DNA from: an uncultured delta proteobacterium
GTDB lineage: Bacteria > Desulfobacterota > Binatia > Binatales > Binataceae
Reading direction: 5' to 3'
DNA: 24,000 bases
NCBI GenBank assembly: GCA_963711565.1
Contig: CAVQEQ010000003.1
Coordinates: 1,335,629-1,359,628 of the forward strand
Part shown: piece after piece, positions 15,036-21,249 of the stretch
Position numbering within the stretch: position 1 is the stretch's first letter
Layout: each line of letters begins with the position of its first letter
The notes under the pieces: generated by a model
Seen by the model: the letters and a program-made list of their open reading frames with translations, nothing else
The model's database searches: none
What the model was told of the DNA's origin: nothing
Made by a program: the position numbers and the translations under genes

Positions 15036-16544
15036 TTAGAAGAAGGACGCCTGTCGAGAGTGGTGAGGCGCGGCGGCGACAAATTGCTCATAGTCCTGTT
15101 CACGTCCGAGCATAGCCGCAAGCTTGTGGAGACTAAGGCGATGTAGAACTTCGACCGTAATAGGACGCTTCTCATCCCAATGAATCATGGAATGAAGAAA
15201 TCCTTGCGCCGGTTCAGAGTGAAGCAAGGCTTCGACAAAGCAGGCTTCTTCTTCCGACCAGCACGGCAGGAAGTAAATAGTGTCGTCGAAGACAACAGGA
15301 CGGCCTCTGACTGGGCCAACCTTCACGAAGCAGAGCTTCTTGTAGAAGCCGGAGATAGCGATTTTCCACGGTGCGAAAGTGTAGGGTCCGACCCCAAAAA
15401 CCGAGAAGGCAGGCTTGTTCTTATAGATGGAACTTCCGCGCTTATGGAGTAGCGCAGCATGCCGTTTGAGATAATTCCATGTTTCTGGCGCCTTCATCCG
15501 AATATGGCTGGTATCGTCGCCGACGCGCTCTTGAGTAACCACCATCACGCGCCGACATCTGATCCGGCCGTTGCCTATGTCAGAGCTTTTCAGCATCGGG
15601 AATAAGATGGCATCTTCGAGCGCCACAGTTTCACCCAGACCGTTTTGATAGCCCTGAGAGATTGTGTTGGTGAGCTCCATAACCTTGGAGCAGTCATGCT
15701 TGATACCGGAACGCCAGACATAGCGATTTTCCGGCCCGAGAAGGTCACGGTACTTCTTGAACGCCGCAACATCAGAGATGATCTGGCCATCGAGGAAGCC
15801 GATTGTGCGCGAGCAGGCTTCAGACTCGAGGGTATCAAAAATGTCGCAGCTGAGAGTTTGGGCCTTGGGTTCGATTTCAAGGACGAAAAAGCACGCATCG
15901 ACTGCCGCTCCGAAATGCTCAAGGGCATCAATCTCATAGATCCGGGCAGAGCGGAGCGAGTCCCCACCCTTTCCCCATACGTGCAGCAGTATCTTGCGAG
16001 CGACCGCCGTTTTGCAGAGCACCGCAATCGCACCAGCTTTGCCTTCCAGCCAATCCAGGTAGCGAAGGATCATCCACTCGGAGATGTCGAAGTTACTCTT
16101 TCCAGTTATAGCCTCGATTCCTTGTCGCCCCTGGAAGTTGGACTTTGCCGGCAGATTGTCGCTTTCGATAGCGCTCAGATTTGAATTCGTGACCCAAGGT
16201 GGATTGCCGACGATGAGCCAAGGCTCCCCAACCTCGGTGACGACGCTCGTCCAATCAACCTTGAAAAAGTTCCCATGCCTCATCTCGACGCCGCGTCCAT
16301 TTGTAGCCACATTGGAGGCGATATACTCACGATTGATGTCGATGCCAATGATCGATTGGGCATCGGGGAAGATGGCAGTGGCGGCGGCGATGAACGCTCC
16401 TCGCCCACAGGTCGGCTCCAGGATCGAACGCGGTCGAATGCCCAGGTGGTGGAGGACCCGAGTAGCGGCTAGCGCGAGCGCTGGAGGCGTCTGGAAGTCC
16501 CCGAACTCCGTGACAGCCCTGCTTTTGCGTTCTTTGACCGCCAT
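15036..16544 (-). CDS. Gamma-class N6-adenine DNA methyltransferase (Eco57I/TaqI-like) with a large C-terminal target-recognition region
   Basis: FGDFQTP, then motif I ILEPTCGRGAF, then motif IV LIVGNPPWV. Motif I before IV is the gamma order. About 300 aa of TRD-like sequence follows (WRSGIKHD, LFPMLKSSDI, APWKIAISGF). I set the start at ATG 16544, where the nucleotides TGATG join the upstream stop to this ATG. The track extension to 16613 lies inside the upstream gene. GC is lower than in the flanks. Confidence 0.88.
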   Translation of the reverse strand: MAVKERKSRAVTEFGDFQTPPALALAATRVLHHLGIRPRSILEPTCGRGAFIAAATAIFPDAQSIIGIDINREYIASNVATNGRGVEMRHGNFFKVDWTSVVTEVGEPWLIVGNPPWVTNSNLSAIESDNLPAKSNFQGRQGIEAITGKSNFDISEWMILRYLDWLEGKAGAIAVLCKTAVARKILLHVWGKGGDSLRSARIYEIDALEHFGAAVDACFFVLEIEPKAQTLSCDIFDTLESEACSRTIGFLDGQIISDVAAFKKYRDLLGPENRYVWRSGIKHDCSKVMELTNTISQGYQNGLGETVALEDAILFPMLKSSDIGNGRIRCRRVMVVTQERVGDDTSHIRMKAPETWNYLKRHAALLHKRGSSIYKNKPAFSVFGVGPYTFAPWKIAISGFYKKLCFVKVGPVRGRPVVFDDTIYFLPCWSEEEACFVEALLHSEPAQGFLHSMIHWDEKRPITVEVLHRLSLHKLAAMLGREQDYEQFVAAAPHHSRQASFF

Positions 16545-17197
16545 CACGTAATCCGCTTGATACCAGAAACCGTCCCCGCCTTCTGGATCGCACGGCCATA
16601 CTGAAGCCGCCACTGATAGGCGTTCGAGATGGTCATGTAACCCTGCTCAGGTTTCTCACGGAGGAGCTGGTCCGCTATCTTTCCGGCTTCGATGTCGTCG
16701 ATGAGAAGATTCTTGTCCAGCATGAACGCAATCAAGTCTTCCGCATTCCCGTCACGCTCGATGATCTCGCGCAATCCGCGCGTCATCTGGTAGTCGCCGG
16801 TGCGCTCTTTTTCGATGAAGATCGTGTGCCGAATGTTGAGTCGTGCGGTTTTACGCGCACGATTGTCAGACTTCTCGTAAACAAAGACAATCAGGTTATA
16901 CCCGAGGCCGTATATCTTCTGCCGCGGATCCTTGAAGGGGCTGGAAGACTGCGGCTGCTTGATGCTCGTCACCTTAATATCGACATTGATGCTCGGAATA
17001 TCTATCCCCGATGCTGAGTTGCCACCCACGAAGGAGTATTTGTCCATCAGGTGCGCGACGAACTTATGCTCAAGGTAGGTCCCTACTGTCTTTCCGTTAT
17101 CGATCCCGAAAAGCGACGGCTCATTGTGGCTGCTCTCCGCCACTGCAAATAGGGCCGCTTCCGCAAGGAGGATATCGATCGTCAAGGCGGTGTTCAT
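16544..17197 (-). CDS. Putative type II restriction endonuclease (PD-(D/E)XK candidate), partner of the adjacent methyltransferase
   Basis: 217 aa with candidate catalytic residues E43 (YLEHKF), D66 (GIDIP) and D73-I-K75 (NVDIKV). Its stop shares one base with the methyltransferase ATG. It has low GC like its partner. No named REase family was recognised by eye. Confidence 0.55.
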   Translation of the reverse strand: MNTALTIDILLAEAALFAVAESSHNEPSLFGIDNGKTVGTYLEHKFVAHLMDKYSFVGGNSASGIDIPSINVDIKVTSIKQPQSSSPFKDPRQKIYGLGYNLIVFVYEKSDNRARKTARLNIRHTIFIEKERTGDYQMTRGLREIIERDGNAEDLIAFMLDKNLLIDDIEAGKIADQLLREKPEQGYMTISNAYQWRLQYGRAIQKAGTVSGIKRIT

Positions 17198-17319
17198 CGC
17201 TGCCGCCGCTTATTTGCCGTTCATAATCGCTCAAGTCCGCCTGGGGACCTGTCTCTGTCCTGTCAGCAAAAGCATATTCTTGCCCCAATTTGGACACTAC
17301 TAGCCGTGACGATCGATTG

Positions 17320-18132
17320 TTACCCAGCTATCGGGTGCGACTTTACGAACGGCACGAATATTTTCAGAAATTCTTCGCGCGCATCCATGAACGCGTGTCC
17401 GACGTCGGGGATGATGTGCAATTTAGCACCCGGTATCTGCGACGCGATTATTTCCGAGTTCTTCGCCGGGATTAGCACGTCCTCGGCACCGGTCACGACC
17501 AGGGTCGGCGCCTTGATTTGCGGCAGGCGCTCGTAGGTCTTCAGCGTGTAGGTCGCTTCGAGCTGGCGTTGGAACGCGTACGGCGGGGTCGGATACTCGA
17601 GCAGGCGCGGAATCGCGGCCTCGAGCACATTGCGATGCTCGGCGATGTACTTCGGCGTATGCCCGAGCGGCCATCCGCGCCGAATCACCTCTTCGGGAGA
17701 AACACCTTCGCGCGGCGCGGTCAGAATTTTCAACGATTCAGGCGGCGGCGGCACGCCATGGGTCCCGCCAGCCGTGGTGCATCCGAGCGTAAGAGTCGCG
17801 GTACGCTTCGGGTGCCGCAGCGCAAACTCCTGCGCGATCATCCCGCCCATCGAGACGCCGAAGACATGTGCCCGTGGAATGTCGAGCTGGTCGAGCACGC
17901 CCGCCGCGTCATCGGCAAACATCTCGATCGAATACGGCGCGTCGGGCTTGTCGCTCTGACCGGTGCCGCGATTGTCGAACGTGATCACGCGAAACGTGCG
18001 CGAGAGATCGGTTACCAGCTCCGGATCCCACATCGCGGAGCTCGCGCCGAGGCCCATGATCATCAGGAGCGGCTCGCCATTGCCGGCCATGTCGTAGTTG
18101 AGTTTCACTCCGCCGACTTGAATCTTTGGCAT
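17320..18132 (-). CDS. Alpha/beta-fold hydrolase
   Basis: HGxP-like region GEPLLMIMGLGAS, then FDNRGTGQSD, the nucleophile elbow FGVSMGGMIAQ and the C-terminal catalytic His region IPDVGHAF. GAGGA lies 7 nt upstream of the ATG. Confidence 0.9.
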   Translation of the reverse strand: MPKIQVGGVKLNYDMAGNGEPLLMIMGLGASSAMWDPELVTDLSRTFRVITFDNRGTGQSDKPDAPYSIEMFADDAAGVLDQLDIPRAHVFGVSMGGMIAQEFALRHPKRTATLTLGCTTAGGTHGVPPPPESLKILTAPREGVSPEEVIRRGWPLGHTPKYIAEHRNVLEAAIPRLLEYPTPPYAFQRQLEATYTLKTYERLPQIKAPTLVVTGAEDVLIPAKNSEIIASQIPGAKLHIIPDVGHAFMDAREEFLKIFVPFVKSHPIAG

Positions 18133-18142
18133 TTCGATATCC

Positions 18143-18559
18143 TCACTTGTTAACGCAAAATCCTCGCTTCTTCATATACTCGACCGAGTTATCGGTCAGC
18201 GGCGACTCCGGCGTGGCGTCGGCCCGTAAGACCGAAGTATGTTGCGGATCGTAATAGCACATCAGCTTGATAGCCTGGCCCGCGGGAATTTGAAATTCGA
18301 TTGAATCGGGAAGATTGGGCGGTCCGTAGGAAGGCATCGGCATTGTCGCCTTCTGCTCCGCCGGCGGCGCTGCGGTCTCTCCTTCGTCCTGGCACATCTT
18401 GATCGCGTCGATGCGGCAACTGCCGGGCGCGGCCGGCGACATTTGCATGCTCGCCAGATTCATTCCCGGCGGTTGTTCCTCTTTGCTCGAGCACGACGCG
18501 GTACAAGTCGCGATCGCCACGAAAATCACCAGCGCCGCGATCCTCGCGATTCTCGACAT
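18143..18559 (-). CDS. Hypothetical lipoprotein
   Basis: MSRIARIAALVIFVAIATC(TAS)C gives a signal peptide with a lipobox-like Cys. ATG 18559 is preceded by GGAG with a 6-nt spacing. The track start ATG 18577 is possible but lacks an SD. The stop lies 10 nt before the hydrolase start. Confidence 0.6.
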   Translation of the reverse strand: MSRIARIAALVIFVAIATCTASCSSKEEQPPGMNLASMQMSPAAPGSCRIDAIKMCQDEGETAAPPAEQKATMPMPSYGPPNLPDSIEFQIPAGQAIKLMCYYDPQHTSVLRADATPESPLTDNSVEYMKKRGFCVNK

Positions 18560-18587
18560 GAACGGCTCCGTCATCATCAGGACCCGC

Positions 18588-19898
18588 TCAGGCTGCCGTC
18601 AACGCGACCGCGTTCACGTCGCCGCGCGCTCGCACCTCATTTCCAGCCTTGCGGCATCGAAGGATCAGCTCGCTGCGCGCGATGTAAGCGATCTCCTCGA
18701 TCACGATTCCGTAGCGTGCGAGGATCTCGCGGAGCTGGTCCAGCGTGTAGTGGGTGATGTGCTGATCCTTGTACCCACCGGGCATCAGGAAGCCGTAAAT
18801 CGGTTCGATAATCCGCCAGCCAATCGTGGCGTAGTCGGGCGTGCCGAGGATAAGGGTGCCTCCGGCCCTGAGCACGCGATGCATCTCACTGAAAATCGAC
18901 TCGTCGTATCGAATGTGTTCGATGACCTGCGAACTCATCACGCAGTCGAACGAACCGTCCTTGAACGGCAGCGCGAAGGCCGACCCGTTGACCAGCGGTA
19001 TTTCGTAGCGGCGGAGAAAGCGCAGCTTTGCGTAGTTGAAATCCATGCCGACCACGTTGTTGAGGCTCTGCACGATCAGGCTCGAGCCGCATCCGGCGTC
19101 GAGTACGCGACCCGCGCCGCGCGCCCATAGCACGGTGATACGGTGGCGGCGGCGTTGCCAGTAGCGCTGCGGTGGAATCAGGCTGTAGAAGGCGCGTTCG
19201 TCGTAGTCGGCGGACATAAGCGAGTTGCGGATTTTCCACAGCGAGATCGAAGAACGGAAGATCTTCCAGCCAAAGCTGAACAGCTTCGCGTGCGAGCGTC
19301 CGGCGCCGCGGGGAAAATACGTGAACGGAACCTCCACGACGCTGAATCCGCTGGCGTAGGCTTTGACCAGGATTTCTTCCTGCACTTCGAAATTCGATGA
19401 CGTAAGTTTCTGCTCGGCGAACACTTCGCGCCGGTAGAGGCGATAGCCGCTGGACATGTCGAGCACCGGTATCGAGAGTATCCGCCGCAACATCTGGTTC
19501 AGAAACCAGCTAGTCGAGCGGCGGATGAAATCGGAATAAGCGACGCCGCCGAGGACGTAGCGCGACGCGACCACGATGTCGCCGTGCTTGCGCGCCCGCC
19601 ACATCTTGACGAAGAAATCGGGGTCGTGCGATTGATCGGCATCGAGCGTCAGTACGTAGTCGCCGCGCGCCTCTGCGATCCCGGTTTCCAACGCGCCCGC
19701 GTATCCGCGCTTGCGTTCGCCAACGACGCGCGCGCCGAGCGCCTCCGCCGTTTCGCGAGTGCCGTCGGTCGAAGGGCCGTCCACCACGACGATCTCATGG
19801 GTAAGCCGCTCGCGATCGAGCGCCTCGATGATCCTGGGGATCAGCACCCTCAGGTTCTCGGCCTCGTTCATTACCGGCAGAACAACGGAAACGTCCAT
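18588..19898 (-). CDS. Fusion protein: family 2 glycosyltransferase (DPM1-like) N-domain plus class I SAM methyltransferase C-domain
   Basis: The N-domain has VVLPVMNEAENL, VVVDGPSTDGT and LDADQSHDP (DxD). The C-domain has RVLDAGCGSS (motif I), SFDCVMSSQVIEH and LRAGGTLILGTP. Confidence 0.85.
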   Translation of the reverse strand: MDVSVVLPVMNEAENLRVLIPRIIEALDRERLTHEIVVVDGPSTDGTRETAEALGARVVGERKRGYAGALETGIAEARGDYVLTLDADQSHDPDFFVKMWRARKHGDIVVASRYVLGGVAYSDFIRRSTSWFLNQMLRRILSIPVLDMSSGYRLYRREVFAEQKLTSSNFEVQEEILVKAYASGFSVVEVPFTYFPRGAGRSHAKLFSFGWKIFRSSISLWKIRNSLMSADYDERAFYSLIPPQRYWQRRRHRITVLWARGAGRVLDAGCGSSLIVQSLNNVVGMDFNYAKLRFLRRYEIPLVNGSAFALPFKDGSFDCVMSSQVIEHIRYDESIFSEMHRVLRAGGTLILGTPDYATIGWRIIEPIYGFLMPGGYKDQHITHYTLDQLREILARYGIVIEEIAYIARSELILRCRKAGNEVRARGDVNAVALTAA

Positions 19899-19985
19899 GC
19901 GGGCTCAGTTTCCTTTATGCTCGAAGAAAAGGGAATATGCGGAACGTCGCGCGCCGGGCGCTCGCGTAGTAATCTCTTGTGGCGG

Positions 19986-21239
19986 ATGAGGACGGGCGTG
20001 CGGAAAAAATCAATTTCAAAAATCATTGTGTTTGCGGCGATCGCTATGCTGACGGCGACCCCGTCCTTTGCGCGGGTCATCCACCGGCATCCTGTCCCGA
20101 CGAAGCTCGCGCCCGAAGAAACGCCCGCAGTACCGCTGTCCGCGATTCACGTGCTCGGAGATAGACCGGCGCCGTTCGCCCTCGACGCAAGGGCCGCCTG
20201 CATGATCGACGCCGACACCGGCGCGGTGCTGTACGCGTACAACGAGCACGAGAAGATGCAGCCCGCCAGCCTCGCCAAGATCATGACGTTCTACATCTCC
20301 CTCGATGCGCTGAAGGCCGGCAAGATCGCGCCGACTACCAACGTCACGATCAGCGAGAATGCCTGGCGGCTTTCGATGAACGACACCGTCTCGCGGATGT
20401 TTCTCGGTGTGGGGCAGAAGGTCGCCGTCAACGATCTGTTGTTCGGTCTGATGGTGTCGTCGGGCAATGATGCCGCCGTGGCGCTCGCCGAATATCTCGG
20501 CGGCAGCACCGACGCGTTCACGGGGATGATGAATGACAAGGCCAAGGAAATTGGGCTCAAGGAGAGTCACTTCAACAACCCCGACGGCTTGCCCGACGAA
20601 GGCGAGTTCACCACCGCGGCTGACATGGTCGCGCTGGCGCACTCGCTCGTAACTCATCATCCGGAAGCGATCAAATACACCTCGGCCAAGGAATTCACCT
20701 TCGACAAAATCTCGCAGCCCAATTTCAACCGGCTGCTGCTCCACGACGCGCGCGTGACCGGAATTAAAACCGGCCACGTTGACGAAGCGGGCTATCACCT
20801 GGTCGCGTCGGCGTCGTCCAACGGGATGAATCTGCTGTCGGCCGTGCTGGGCGCGCCGAACGAAACTAAACGCATGACGGAATCCGAAAAATTAATCGAC
20901 TGGGCGTTTCGCACTTTCGTCAGCTACCGGCCCGATCTGAAGAAGTCCGTACCCGCCGCGATACCCGTTCACGACGGCGTCGCCGAAACTGTCGCTATCG
21001 GACCCGACGGCGACGCGGCGTTTACGCTCGGGCGCGGCGAAGAGACCAAGGTGACGGTTCAATTCGAGCCCGCGGTGAGGTACCTGGAAGCGCCCGTTCA
21101 TCCAGGCGATTCGGTTGGAGATCTAACGGTCTTGCTCGCCGGCAAGCCGCAAGCGACGATTCCGATCGTAACCAAAGCTGGAGTGGCTCGCGCGGGATTC
21201 TTCGGCCGCCTCGGTCAGAAGTTCAGCCGCATGCTCTAA
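19986..21239 (+). CDS. Serine-type D-Ala-D-Ala carboxypeptidase (PBP5/6-like, peptidase S11)
   Basis: The signal peptide is MRTGVRKKSISKIIVFAAIAMLTATPSFA. The SxxK motif is PASLAKIMT, SxN is SSGNDAA and KTG is IKTGHV. A C-terminal beta-domain is present. The track ORF start 19584 overlaps the divergent GT2 gene, so ATG 19986 is preferred. Confidence 0.9.
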   Translation: MRTGVRKKSISKIIVFAAIAMLTATPSFARVIHRHPVPTKLAPEETPAVPLSAIHVLGDRPAPFALDARAACMIDADTGAVLYAYNEHEKMQPASLAKIMTFYISLDALKAGKIAPTTNVTISENAWRLSMNDTVSRMFLGVGQKVAVNDLLFGLMVSSGNDAAVALAEYLGGSTDAFTGMMNDKAKEIGLKESHFNNPDGLPDEGEFTTAADMVALAHSLVTHHPEAIKYTSAKEFTFDKISQPNFNRLLLHDARVTGIKTGHVDEAGYHLVASASSNGMNLLSAVLGAPNETKRMTESEKLIDWAFRTFVSYRPDLKKSVPAAIPVHDGVAETVAIGPDGDAAFTLGRGEETKVTVQFEPAVRYLEAPVHPGDSVGDLTVLLAGKPQATIPIVTKAGVARAGFFGRLGQKFSRML

Positions 21240-21249
21240 CCGCGCCGCA

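Noticed and set aside
16545-16613. 5-prime extension of the DNA methyltransferase ORF
   Set aside because: It lies within the upstream nuclease-candidate gene. ATG 16544 gives the classic stop/start overlap.
17210-17224. Mini-ORF ATG-AAC-GGC-AAA-TAA on the minus strand just upstream of the nuclease-candidate gene
   Set aside because: It has only four codons, no SD, and is easily produced by chance. It was not treated as a leader peptide.
17245-17266. Triple ctgtc motif (cctgtc-tctgtc-ctgtca) upstream of the nuclease-candidate gene, and a 9-mer gacagggcc (15011-15019) inverted relative to ggacctgtc (17245-17253) at the two edges of the low-GC island
   Set aside because: The matches are too short (5-9 nt, 8/9 identity) to call island terminal repeats or a controller-protein box without comparative data.
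17518-19130. Plus-strand ORFs 17518..18153 and 18399..19130
   Set aside because: They are antisense shadows of the alpha/beta hydrolase and the GT2-methyltransferase genes.
19584-19985. 5-prime extension of the carboxypeptidase ORF
   Set aside because: It overlaps the divergent GT2 gene. The signal peptide begins at ATG 19986.
20016-20798. 260-aa minus-strand ORF opposite the carboxypeptidase gene
   Set aside because: It is antisense to a gene with SxxK/SxN/KTG motifs and has an R/G/H/V-rich composition.
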